64,000 nucleotides of DNA from Candidatus Iainarchaeum sp. (GCA_043809245.1 JAZDDZ010000007.1:1-64000), one strand, 5' to 3'. Counted from the first letter of the stretch, positions 1 through 8,745 are shown. Program-made: numbers and translations. The notes: a model not told the origin generated them from the letters alone.

Positions 1-290
1 GATAGAACTGAAAAGTTAGGTTTAAAACCACGAAACTCATATAAACTTTTAAGTGGCAATAAATTACGGTAGCCCATGTTTATCGCCTCCAAAACGATAA
101 CTGGGCAACCAATTTTTATCCTAAATCAGCAGAAGAGGGAAAAAAATAAGGGATGGAAAAAAATCAAACCCTGAAGAAAAGACTTTGCTGTTATCAACAG
201 AAGATGGATTCGCCCATGCACTATTAGAGGGAAATTTTATCGCAATGTTCCTAGAAGATTTGGAAAAATTAAAATTTTAAAGGCAAAAAA

Positions 291-1463
291 ATGAGCCGAA
301 AAAAAATCGTTCTCGCGTTAACCGGTTCGGTTGCGGTTGTCAGAAGCTTTGACTTGGTTAAGCAGCTGCAGGCGAAAGGCTTTGAGGTGGAGATTTGCGC
401 GAGTGACGGGGCTCTGGAGTTAATCGGGTTGAAAACATTGGAGCACTTGATTGAAGGAAAGGTTTTGACTGAAGCCAGCGGAAAAGTGGAATACCTTAAA
501 TTGTTTGGGAAAAAGGGAAGCGCGGATTTGCTTTTGATTGCGCCGGCGACAGCGAACACGCTTGGGAAGATTGCGAACGGAGTAAGCGATTCAATTGTAA
601 CTCTTTGCGCTGCAACCGCCCTTGGCTCTGGAAAAAAGATTCTGGCAGCGCCGGCAATGCACCTGGACCTATGGAATAACCCTGTGATGCAGGAAAATTT
701 GGGAAAGCTGAAAAAACTGGATGTGCAAATGATTGCCCCGAAAATAGAGGAAGGAAAGGCAAAGGCTGCGGAAAATGAAAGGATTGTGCTTGAAGCGGAG
801 AAAATTTTAACGGAGCAGGCGCTTAAAGGAAAAAAGTTTTTAGTGACTGCGGGGGCAACGGTTGAAGAACTGGACCCGGTTAGAATTTTAACGAATAAGA
901 GTTCTGGCAAAATGGGTTTGGAGATAGCGAAAGAGTTATACCGCAAAGGCGGAGAAGTGAAACTTATACATAACCTTGTTCCCGCGCTCGCAAATCCCCT
1001 CCCCGCAGAAAACTGCTATCCGTTCAAAAGCTTTGCAGAGCTGGAGAATGCGCTGCTTTCCAACGGAGCAAAGGCAGATGCGTTATTCCACGCGGCTGCT
1101 GTCGGGGACTTTGAGGTGAAGAAAAGCAGGGGAAAGATTTCTTCCACGGAAAAACTCGCGCTTGAATTGCAGCCAAGGGGGAAGCTGGTTGAAGCCATGC
1201 GAAAAAAGTTTCCGCGAATGAAAATTGTAGGGTTCAAGGCGGAAACCAATTTGGCGGGAAATGCGCTGGAGAAAAAATGTGCGGAGTTTTTGAAGCGCAC
1301 AGGATTGCAGTTGTGCGTTGGAAATGATGTTGCAAAAAACGAAATGGGCGGGGAAGAAAACGAGGTTGTAATTGTTTCCGCGAAAGGAAAAACAGCGAGA
1401 GCGAAAGGAAGAAAAGGGCTTGTCGCCCAAAGGATTGTTGCGGAATTTGAAAAAATTGCTTGA
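291..1463 (+). CDS. coaBC: Bifunctional phosphopantothenoylcysteine decarboxylase/synthase (archaeal type)
   Basis: N-terminal flavoprotein motifs TGSVA, APATANTLGKIANG, PAMH and archaeal PKIEEGKAK; C-terminal VTAG-T-E-LDPVR-LTNKSSGKMG, HAAAVGDF, VGFKAET, GNDV. Confidence 0.95.
   Translation: MSRKKIVLALTGSVAVVRSFDLVKQLQAKGFEVEICASDGALELIGLKTLEHLIEGKVLTEASGKVEYLKLFGKKGSADLLLIAPATANTLGKIANGVSDSIVTLCAATALGSGKKILAAPAMHLDLWNNPVMQENLGKLKKLDVQMIAPKIEEGKAKAAENERIVLEAEKILTEQALKGKKFLVTAGATVEELDPVRILTNKSSGKMGLEIAKELYRKGGEVKLIHNLVPALANPLPAENCYPFKSFAELENALLSNGAKADALFHAAAVGDFEVKKSRGKISSTEKLALELQPRGKLVEAMRKKFPRMKIVGFKAETNLAGNALEKKCAEFLKRTGLQLCVGNDVAKNEMGGEENEVVIVSAKGKTARAKGRKGLVAQRIVAEFEKIA
1395..1463 (+). 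repeat. Direct repeat copy 1 (last 69 bp of coaBC)
   Basis: Matches 2212-2280 at 65/69 positions; first 44 bp identical. Confidence 0.95.
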
Positions 1464-1476
1464 GAAAAAACCAATA

Positions 1477-1499
1477 TTTAAAAACTGTGCTAACACAGT
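1477..1499 (+). promoter_or_regulatory. TATA box plus palindromic operator of the RHH/PIN TA operon
   Basis: TTTAAAAA at 1477-1484 followed by perfect inverted repeat ACTGTG-N4-CACAGT (1484-1499), then SD-like GAGGTGA at 1509-1515. Confidence 0.6.
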
Positions 1500-1511
1500 A
1501 TTTAATTAGAG

Positions 1512-1745
1512 GTGATGGTTTTGGCTTCGATAACTTTATCGGTTCCGGAAGAGCTTAAGAGGGAAATGTCTATGTTTCCAGAACTCAACTGGTCTGCGGT
1601 CGCAAGGAAGGCCATCGTGGAAAAAATAAGGCTGCTTGAGAAACTTGACAAGGCGCTTTCCAAAAGCAGGCTTTCAGAGGAGGACACAATTGCACTTGGC
1701 AGAAAGGTGAAACGGGCCGTATCAAAGAAATTCTCGAAGGGCTGA
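1512..1745 (+). CDS. Ribbon-helix-helix antitoxin (VapB-like); true start probably TTG 1521
   Basis: ASITLSVPEELKREM...LNWSAVARKAI RHH signature; small gene directly upstream of a PIN gene. Confidence 0.85.
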   Translation: MMVLASITLSVPEELKREMSMFPELNWSAVARKAIVEKIRLLEKLDKALSKSRLSEEDTIALGRKVKRAVSKKFSKG

Positions 1746-1747
1746 TT

Positions 1748-2167
1748 TTGTTGATTCTTGTTGTGGACGCCAATATTCTTTTCGCTGCCTTAATCAAGGA
1801 AGGCATAACGCGAAAAATATTGCTGCTTTCAGGGTACGACTTTTATTGCCCTGAATTCACAATCCAGGAGGCAGAGAAGCATTCGGCTGAACTGAAAAGA
1901 AAAACAGGCCTTGAAGAGAACGAAATCACAGAATTGATAAACTGAATTATTGAATCAGCAAATATTATTCTGGTGCCTTTCGAGGAATTCAAAGGGCTGA
2001 GGGTTAATGCTGAAAAAATTTCACCCGACCCAAATGATTCGGCTTATTTTGCGCTGGCAATGCATTTGGGCTGCGCAATTTGGTCTAATGACGCGGCCCT
2101 TAAAAAACAGGCAAAGGTCAAAATCTTAACAACAGGGGAATTAATCAGCTATATTATGAAGGAATGA
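1748..2167 (+). pseudogene. PIN-domain (VapC-like) toxin interrupted by a single in-frame TGA at 1943-1945
   Basis: ORFs 1748-1945 and 1973-2167 are in the same frame; reads ...ELIN*IIESANIILVPFEEF...; PIN acidic motifs VVDANILF, QE, DPND and WSND all present. Confidence 0.85.
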
Positions 2168-2211
2168 AGTGAACTCACTGTGCTGGTTGTTTCAGGAAAA
2201 AAAGGAAACCC

Positions 2212-2280
2212 GCGAGAGCGAAAGGAAGAAAAGGGCTTGTCGCCCAAAGGATTGTGGCGGAATTTGAGAAAACCGCTTGA
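2212..2280 (+). repeat. Direct repeat copy 2 (displaced coaBC 3' end)
   Basis: GCGAGAGCGAAAGGAAGAAAAGGGCTTGTCGCCCAAAGGATTGT...GCTTGA, 4 mismatches versus 1395-1463; degenerate similarity extends upstream to about 2180. Confidence 0.95.
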
Positions 2281-2298
2281 AACAAAGGAGGTATTGAA

Positions 2299-2799
2299 AT
2301 GAGAACTTTTAGAAGGCGCGATAATATTCCGCGAAGGCGCGGGTCAAAGGTTATACCTGAAGCAGAGGCGGCAGGAATGATGCCTGCTCACCGAATGAAA
2401 AATCTTAAAGAAAGGAATGCAAAAATTTTAAGTGTAATGAGAGAGTTGAATGAGCTTCAAAAGTTGGATGTGAAAGCGGACCCTATTAACAAAGAATACG
2501 ACGACATTCGCAGTACACAGCCATTGAGCACGCTGTCAACAAAGAACCCTGCCTTTGAGCGGGTTAGAAAACAAATGCATGATATAACGCAATCGCGGAG
2601 TAAAATTTACCTAAGCATCCCTCCAAAAATTAAGCACTTATTAGAGCATTCAAGCAAGTATGGCATTACCGGGAAAGCTTATGGGCTGCTTAAAGAGATT
2701 GACGCGTTGGTGGATTCAGCCACAGTAATTCTTAATCAGAAGAACGTGCTTCGGAAGTTAAAAGAATTAATGCAAGAACTGCAGCGCAGGGGAGAATAG
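2299..2799 (+). CDS. Hypothetical helical protein with Arg-rich N-terminus
   Basis: 166-aa ORF with strong SD (AGGAGGT) upstream; no recognisable motif. Confidence 0.7.
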   Translation: MRTFRRRDNIPRRRGSKVIPEAEAAGMMPAHRMKNLKERNAKILSVMRELNELQKLDVKADPINKEYDDIRSTQPLSTLSTKNPAFERVRKQMHDITQSRSKIYLSIPPKIKHLLEHSSKYGITGKAYGLLKEIDALVDSATVILNQKNVLRKLKELMQELQRRGE

Positions 2800-2801
2800 T
2801 T

Positions 2802-3515
2802 TTGCCTGAAGTCGATATCTCAGTTGTCGTTCCGGCTTTGAATGAGGAGAAGCGAATTGCGCGCTGCCTTGAAAGCATTAAGGCGCAGAAGTTTTCCGGC
2901 AGCTATGAATTGATTGTGTGCGACGGCAACAGCGAGGACAAGACAAGGGAGATAGCCGCAAAGTTAGCGGACAAGGTTGTTGTGGAGAAAAAGCGGAGCA
3001 TTGCAGCGGAAAGGCAGGGCGGAGCAAAAGAAGCAATCGGGGAAGTGATAGCATTCACTGACGCGGATGCCGTGGTTCCGGAAAACTGGCTTGAAGAAAT
3101 AAAAAAAGAGTTTGGAAAAGAAAAAGGCATTGCAATGGTTTACGGCAATGTTTTTCTGCTTGATTCAGGGGGCTTTGGAAAAAAGGTTTCATATTTTTTG
3201 ATGCCCAAGTTTTTAAGCGCGTTCGTTTTCTTCGGATTGCATAACCCGATTGGCTCAAACATGGCAGTGAAAAGGGAAGCTTTCCTGAAAGTAGGCGGCT
3301 TTGACACAAGCATTGTTACTTGCGAGGATTTAGACCTGGCAAAAAAAATAAAGGGAATAGGCAAAGTGAAGTACGCGGGGGGCTGCAAAGTGTTTGTTTC
3401 AGCGAGGCGAATAAAAAAAATGGGTTACCCCTCATACGTTTTCTTTCATTTATCCAATGCAGTGAAGTTTTTTCTGACCGGAAAGGGAAAAAATGAATAC
3501 GAGCCAGTTAGGTAG
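2802..3515 (+). CDS. Glycosyltransferase family 2
   Basis: ISVVVPALNEE, CDGNSED, FTDAD, GGFD...CEDLDL. Confidence 0.92.
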   Translation: MPEVDISVVVPALNEEKRIARCLESIKAQKFSGSYELIVCDGNSEDKTREIAAKLADKVVVEKKRSIAAERQGGAKEAIGEVIAFTDADAVVPENWLEEIKKEFGKEKGIAMVYGNVFLLDSGGFGKKVSYFLMPKFLSAFVFFGLHNPIGSNMAVKREAFLKVGGFDTSIVTCEDLDLAKKIKGIGKVKYAGGCKVFVSARRIKKMGYPSYVFFHLSNAVKFFLTGKGKNEYEPVR

Positions 3516-3577
3516 GATAGAGTGGCAGAATACACGCCATTAGAAAAGTTTTTAAATAAGAGAAGCATTATTACATT

Positions 3578-4825
3578 ATGCTTTCAAAAAAGGCACTGGC
3601 TGTCTTTTTGGTTTTATGTTTCGCGGCATTTGCTGCGGCTGACACATATCAGATTACCATAACTCCAACAGCTGGGGACACGACTCCGCCGGTTATTTCA
3701 GGCATTGCACCAGCTAAAATTGACAGCAATTCCGCTACTATTGCATGGGCAACGGATGAGGCATCGGATTCAAAGGTTTTTTACGGAACTTCAAGCGGGC
3801 ATGAAGCCCAAAGCAGGCAGAACACGAATCTTGGAACAGCGCACTCCATGGAATTGACTGGCTTGGCAAGTGAAACAACTTACTATTATTACGTTTCAAG
3901 CTGCGATGCAAGCAATAACTGCTCGCAGTCATCTGAAACCTCTTTCAGGACACTTTCAGCATACCAGCCGCCAAGCTGCCTTCCAGGGCAAATGCTTTGC
4001 GGCAATACATGCATTGTGCCTGTTTGCACTGGAAATTCCCAATGCCCAAGCGACGGCAATCCCCTTACAAACGAGGTATGCCAAAACCCCGCAACCTGTT
4101 CCGCGGCATGCGTTTCAGTTCCAGTGACAAATTGCTCCAATGGCCCTGTTTCACAGGCATGCCAGTGCGGCGGCACATTGGTCACTAGCGGCTTGTGCTG
4201 CAATAATGCGATTACAACTCCTGTGTGCACTAGCGCAAGCCAGTGCAATGACAATCTTGGCTGCACAAGCGATGCCTGCAACAACCCCAACACCTGCACA
4301 GCTGTTTGCGCCCACACAACAATGCCGCGGTGCAGGGAATGCGGCAACGGAAGATGCGAAAAAGGCGAAAGCAATAGCAACTGCCCTCAGGACTGCCCAA
4401 AAAAGGGAGGCGGAAAGCATTCATTGGGATTATCAGGCATTATTGACACAGGGGAAATTCAAGTGGTGAAAGTGGAGTACCCTGAAACCACTGCAACAGA
4501 GGAATTCTTTGTGGATGTTTTTTCCCCGAGCGGAGGAAAGGTTGCGACCCAGACAGAAGACGGCTCAGTGGCTTTCCCGGTAAACGAGAAAGGCGAGTAC
4601 ATTGTAAAGGCATACAACGAGGGTTTAACGATTGAACAGATGTTCACTGCAAAAAGCGTTGATGAAATAGCCCTGCCGTCCTTAAACCCGAATAGCCCGA
4701 TTACAATTGTTTCACTCTGGCTCTTTGTCATACCCGTGCTTTGCTCTGCGCTGTTTTCAGTGTTTGTGTTCAAATTTGTCATAAGGAAAAAGAATGGCGC
4801 CGAAAAAAATAAGCCAACCGCTTGA
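3578..4825 (+). CDS. Secreted, membrane-anchored surface protein (FN3-like domain plus Cys-rich repeats)
   Basis: Signal peptide; DTTPPVIS...ATIAWATDEASDSKVFYG...LTGLASETTYYYYVSSCDASNN FN3 pattern; CGNGRCEKGE...CPQDC; C-terminal TM helix with basic tail. Confidence 0.85.
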   Translation: MLSKKALAVFLVLCFAAFAAADTYQITITPTAGDTTPPVISGIAPAKIDSNSATIAWATDEASDSKVFYGTSSGHEAQSRQNTNLGTAHSMELTGLASETTYYYYVSSCDASNNCSQSSETSFRTLSAYQPPSCLPGQMLCGNTCIVPVCTGNSQCPSDGNPLTNEVCQNPATCSAACVSVPVTNCSNGPVSQACQCGGTLVTSGLCCNNAITTPVCTSASQCNDNLGCTSDACNNPNTCTAVCAHTTMPRCRECGNGRCEKGESNSNCPQDCPKKGGGKHSLGLSGIIDTGEIQVVKVEYPETTATEEFFVDVFSPSGGKVATQTEDGSVAFPVNEKGEYIVKAYNEGLTIEQMFTAKSVDEIALPSLNPNSPITIVSLWLFVIPVLCSALFSVFVFKFVIRKKNGAEKNKPTA

Positions 4826-4898
4826 TTCTGCCGTTTGAATGCTTATTAATTTTAATTGTTGCCTATTTATATGCGGTTTAACTCTTGGCGGTGCAAAA

Positions 4899-6053
4899 AT
4901 GAATATAGCAATTTTTTCAGACACTTTTCTGCCGCAGATTAACGGAGTAAGCGTTGCGATTGGGACAACAGCAAGAGGCCTGCAAAGAAAAGGGCACAAA
5001 GTTGTTTTGTTTGCGCCTTCTCCCGCAAAAAAAATCGAGGTGCAGGGCATTGAAGTGGTTTGGCTTAAATCAAAGGGGCTTCCCACTTACAAGGAGTACC
5101 GCGTGGTTTTGCCTTCAAGGGGAAAAACAGTTGAGGCAAAATTAAGGGAATTCAAGGCGGAAATTGTTTTATGCGAAACTCCCTTCGGCGCTGGGTGGTT
5201 AGGCCTGAAAATTGCAAGGAAATTAAAGCTGCCCGCAATAGGCTTTTACCACACGCTTTTGCCCGATTTTTTGAAATACCTTCCATTGCCTTTGTTGAGG
5301 GGCCTTGGCGTAATGAAGTCGGCTGCTTGGGCTTACTCTAATTCGTTTTACAACAAGTGTGATTTGATTGTTACGCCGAGTGATGCGATGAAGAAAGAGC
5401 TTGAAGCCCACGGCGCAAAAAAAGAGGTAATGGTTTTGCCTAACCCCATCAGGCGGGAGTGGTTTGAGGCAAAAAAAGTGAAACGTGATGGCCGATTATT
5501 CTGGTTTGTTTTTGTGGGAAGGGTGAGCTATGAAAAGAATTTGCATGAAGTGATTGACGCGTTTGAAATTGCGGCAAAAAAACTGCCTTCGCTGCGATTG
5601 AAAATAATCGGCGACGGGCCTGAGAGAAAAAAGCTTGAAAAAATGGCTGCGGAGAAAGGTTTGGGGGAAAGGATTGTTTTCACGGGCGCTCTGCGGGAAA
5701 AAGAATTGATTGAAGCTGTTGCTGCATGCGATGCTTTTGTGATTGCGTCAACGATTGAAACGCAGGGAATGGCTGTGATTGAGGCAATGGCTTTGGGTTT
5801 GCCTGCGGTTGCAGCGGATTTCCTTGCGCTTAAGGAAATAGTCATCGAGGGGCAGACTGGCCTGCTATTTGAAGCGCATAAAGTTGAGGAGCTTGCAGAG
5901 CGCATGGCTGAATTGGCTGAATCGCGGGAAATAATCGGCGTGCTTGGGGCAAATGCCTTGAAGAAAGCGGAGGAGTTTTCCGAGGAAAGGCTGTTGGGGA
6001 AGGCAGAGAAAGCGTTGGTTTCTGTTTCAAGCGGTTATGGCGAAAAAAGCTGA
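4899..6053 (+). CDS. Glycosyltransferase family 4 (UGDG/monoglucosyl-lipid synthase-like)
   Basis: MNIAIFSDTFLPQINGV, VGRVSYEKN, ETQGMAVIEAMALGLP; start moved from 4839 to ATG 4899. Confidence 0.9.
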   Translation: MNIAIFSDTFLPQINGVSVAIGTTARGLQRKGHKVVLFAPSPAKKIEVQGIEVVWLKSKGLPTYKEYRVVLPSRGKTVEAKLREFKAEIVLCETPFGAGWLGLKIARKLKLPAIGFYHTLLPDFLKYLPLPLLRGLGVMKSAAWAYSNSFYNKCDLIVTPSDAMKKELEAHGAKKEVMVLPNPIRREWFEAKKVKRDGRLFWFVFVGRVSYEKNLHEVIDAFEIAAKKLPSLRLKIIGDGPERKKLEKMAAEKGLGERIVFTGALREKELIEAVAACDAFVIASTIETQGMAVIEAMALGLPAVAADFLALKEIVIEGQTGLLFEAHKVEELAERMAELAESREIIGVLGANALKKAEEFSEERLLGKAEKALVSVSSGYGEKS

Positions 6054-6173
6054 TTATTCATTTAAATAACTTTTGATGGTTAATTCCATTAGTTTGCGGC
6101 TAAATGCCTTTATCCCCCGTATTGCGATTACTTTCGGCATTTTGCTGTAATGGTGAGCTTAAAGGTGATTTTT

Positions 6174-6503
6174 TTGGCGAATAATGCGGATTTTTCCGAC
6201 GAGATAGCGGCGCTCAAGAAAGCGGAAGAGGATGCCTCTAAAACACTGGAGAAAGCCCAAAAGGACAGGGAGAAAAGGGTTTCAGAGGCAAAGGCGAAAG
6301 GCCAGGAGATAGTGGAAGAGGGCAGGAAAAAGTCCACTGAAATGAAGCAGAAAATGCTTGAGGAAGCGAAAAAACAGCTTGAGGAACAGGCTGCGAAGAT
6401 AATTGAGGAAGCGGAAAAAGAGGCGTCAGCACTCAAAGGGAAAAAAATTTCCAGTGCAAAGGCAAAGGAATTGGCTGAACTGATTCTTGCAAGGGATGGG
6501 TGA
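6174..6503 (+). CDS. atpH: A1Ao ATP synthase subunit H (G-like stalk)
   Basis: K/E/A-rich coiled coil, first gene of the operon; SD AGGTGA precedes TTG 6174 (ORF is open from 6150). Confidence 0.8.
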   Translation: MANNADFSDEIAALKKAEEDASKTLEKAQKDREKRVSEAKAKGQEIVEEGRKKSTEMKQKMLEEAKKQLEEQAAKIIEEAEKEASALKGKKISSAKAKELAELILARDG

Positions 6504-6509
6504 GCAAAA

Positions 6510-8354
6510 GTGTTGAGGCCTGAAAAAATGGTGAAAGTCAAGGCAATAGGCCTGAACGCGGATGTTGATGAGGTAACTGCCTTCCTTCAGGAAAAAGGAA
6601 TCGCGGAAATAAAGAAGTCAAGCGATGTAAGGCTTGAAAGCGGGAAAATTCCCGCAATGGCTGGCGCTGCATCTGAACAGCTTGTTAGAATGAAGGCAAT
6701 TGAAGGCGAATTGGAAAAAGGGGAAGCGGCTCAGGCAAAAAAATTGCCGCTCAACGAATTGCTGGAGAAAAGCAAAAGCATAATTATTGACAAAGAGTTA
6801 AACGCATTGAATGAGGAGAAAAGGGAGTTGGAGGAAGAGAAGGCAACGCTCTCCGGCTCGAAAAAGGTTTTGGAGCAGTTAGGCAAAACAGGCATTGACC
6901 TGTCGCTTTTACAGCAGAACAGGCTTGCATTTTTTGTCGGAAAGCTGCAGACGCAGAAAATTCCAGAATTGCGAAGCGCAGTGGAGCATGCAACTAACCG
7001 TTTTGTGCTGCAGGCAAGGGAATTGAACAAGTTTGAAAGCATTGTTGTTTTGGCGGTTGACAAAAAAGCGGAATCAGAGGCAGAGGCGATTGCGGGCAAA
7101 ACAGGCTTCACGAAAATACTGCTTCCTGCAAACGCAAAAGAGCCTGAAAAAATGCTTGAATCAGTTGAAAAAAGGCTATGGGAAATAGGCGTAAAAGAAA
7201 AAGCAATTCAGGAAAAAAAGGCATCGCTTTCAATGAAATTTTACCCGGAAATCGCGTCATTAAGGGAAATGCTTGAAATTGAATCCGAAAGGTTTGAGGC
7301 GCAGACAAAGTATGGTTTTACGGGAAAAACATTCGCGCTTGAGGCATGGATTGAGGCAAAAAAATTCAGCGAGTTAAAGGAAAGCCTTGGCCAGAGGTTC
7401 AATAAAAGGATTCACTTGGCGGAAGTAAAGACAGACGAGGCGCCCCCTTCGCTGCTGAAAAACCCGAAGTTTTTCCTTCCATTCCAGCATTTGATTGAAT
7501 TCATGTCTGTTCCGGGCTCAAGGGAATTTGACCCAACAGTAATTGTGGCAATCATTTTCCCGATTTTTTACGGAATGATGTTAGGCGATGCGGGTTACGG
7601 AATTCTTTCGCTTTTTTTGGGTTTGCTGATTGCAAAGAAAACAAAGGGAATTTTAAGCGATTTGGGAATGGTCTGGGCTTACGCCGCAATTCCGACAATC
7701 CTTTTTGGAATTCTTTTTGATGAATACCTTGGCTTCAGTTTTTTGCAGTTAACCGGAATGGAGCTGCCGTTCCACGCGGTTGAAAGGCTTGCAAATGTCC
7801 AGTTCCTTTTGCTTGTGACAGTGTTAATGGGCATAACGCATGTGACGCTCGGCTTTGTTTTGGGTTTCCTCAAGGAATTGGAGCACCATAACATGAACCA
7901 CGCGCTTGGAAAGCTTGGCTGGATTGCGGTTGAATTGGGCGCAGTGTCACTTGTGGCATTGTTTTTGATGGGCGGGCTTGACATGCTTGTGGTTGGGGGA
8001 ATAGGCATTGCAATTCTTGTCGGGCTTGTGCTTATTTGGCGGGCAGAGGGATTGATTGGAGTCGTTGAATTACCTTCGCTTGCAAGCAATTTGCTCAGCT
8101 ATTCAAGGATTTTGGCAATTGGATTAAGCAGCCTTGCGATTGCAATGGTGATAAACCTGCTGCTGAATCCAGCGGACAACATTATTTTCCTTCCTTTCTT
8201 CCTTGTCGGGCACGCATTCAACCTTGTGCTTGGAATGTTCGAGTCATTCATCCAGGGGGGCAGGTTAAACTTGGTGGAATTTTTTTCAAAGTTTTACAAG
8301 GGAACAGGGCAGAGGTTTTCGCCCTTTAAGCTGAAAAAGAAATTAGTTGCATAG
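6510..8354 (+). CDS. atpI: A1Ao ATP synthase subunit I (a)
   Basis: MLRPEKM start, PPSLLKNP, EFDPT, FYGMMLGDAGYG, SYSRILA, RL..VEFFSKFY.G.G..F.PF. Confidence 0.95.
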   Translation: MLRPEKMVKVKAIGLNADVDEVTAFLQEKGIAEIKKSSDVRLESGKIPAMAGAASEQLVRMKAIEGELEKGEAAQAKKLPLNELLEKSKSIIIDKELNALNEEKRELEEEKATLSGSKKVLEQLGKTGIDLSLLQQNRLAFFVGKLQTQKIPELRSAVEHATNRFVLQARELNKFESIVVLAVDKKAESEAEAIAGKTGFTKILLPANAKEPEKMLESVEKRLWEIGVKEKAIQEKKASLSMKFYPEIASLREMLEIESERFEAQTKYGFTGKTFALEAWIEAKKFSELKESLGQRFNKRIHLAEVKTDEAPPSLLKNPKFFLPFQHLIEFMSVPGSREFDPTVIVAIIFPIFYGMMLGDAGYGILSLFLGLLIAKKTKGILSDLGMVWAYAAIPTILFGILFDEYLGFSFLQLTGMELPFHAVERLANVQFLLLVTVLMGITHVTLGFVLGFLKELEHHNMNHALGKLGWIAVELGAVSLVALFLMGGLDMLVVGGIGIAILVGLVLIWRAEGLIGVVELPSLASNLLSYSRILAIGLSSLAIAMVINLLLNPADNIIFLPFFLVGHAFNLVLGMFESFIQGGRLNLVEFFSKFYKGTGQRFSPFKLKKKLVA

Positions 8355-8436
8355 GCATGGTGAACGGATGAAAATTAATGGTAAAAAATATTTATTTGTT
8401 CAACATGCATAAACGTAATTGGAGGTGTGAAAGAAA

Positions 8437-8694
8437 ATGGCAGACGCAGCAACAGCAGTTGCACTCAGTTCCGATACAGGGCTGATCGCGCTCGGAGCCG
8501 GACTTGCGATAGCGGGAGGCGCTATCGGGACAGGGCTGGCGCAGGCAGCAATCGGTTCAGCGGGAATGGGAGTAATAGCGGAAAAGCCCGAAGCAGCAGG
8601 AAACGTATTGTTTTACCTGGTGATACCGGAAACATTGGTCATATTCGGGTTCGTGATAGCAATCATACTCATAATGGGAGCAGGGCTGCTCTGA
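8437..8694 (+). CDS. atpK: A1Ao ATP synthase proteolipid subunit K (c), single hairpin
   Basis: Gly/Ala-rich two-TM hairpin, AEKPE loop, IPETLVIFG carrying the ion-binding Glu; SD GGAGGTG. Confidence 0.95.
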   Translation: MADAATAVALSSDTGLIALGAGLAIAGGAIGTGLAQAAIGSAGMGVIAEKPEAAGNVLFYLVIPETLVIFGFVIAIILIMGAGLL

Positions 8695-8712
8695 CGGCTT
8701 TTTTTTAAGCCG
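8695..8712 (+). terminator. Hairpin/oligo-T element directly after atpK
   Basis: CGGCTT-TTTTTT-AAGCCG, perfect 6-bp stem containing a T8 run. Confidence 0.45.
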
Positions 8713-8745
8713 CAGCAGCTTTTCCCCAAAAAAGGAGAGGAAAGA

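Noticed and set aside
1-280. Possible gene remnant upstream of coaBC (open stretch 125-280 ending ...FLEDLEKLKF)
   Set aside because: All + frames contain stops, there is no convincing start and no recognisable motif; cannot be called
269-1496. Long antisense ORFs (269-946, 1016-1474, 1083-1496) and similar shadow ORFs across the window
   Set aside because: They are reverse complements of well-supported genes, with Ser/Phe-rich translations and no motifs
1943-1945. Genome-wide TGA recoding or selenocysteine
   Set aside because: coaBC, atpK, atpA, atpB and atpD end in TGA at their expected C-termini; no other internal TGA is seen, and the site is not a catalytic Cys position
8427-8708. 93-aa alternative-frame ORF over atpK
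   Set aside because: Fully overlaps the clear proteolipid gene; its Arg-rich translation is a frame artefact
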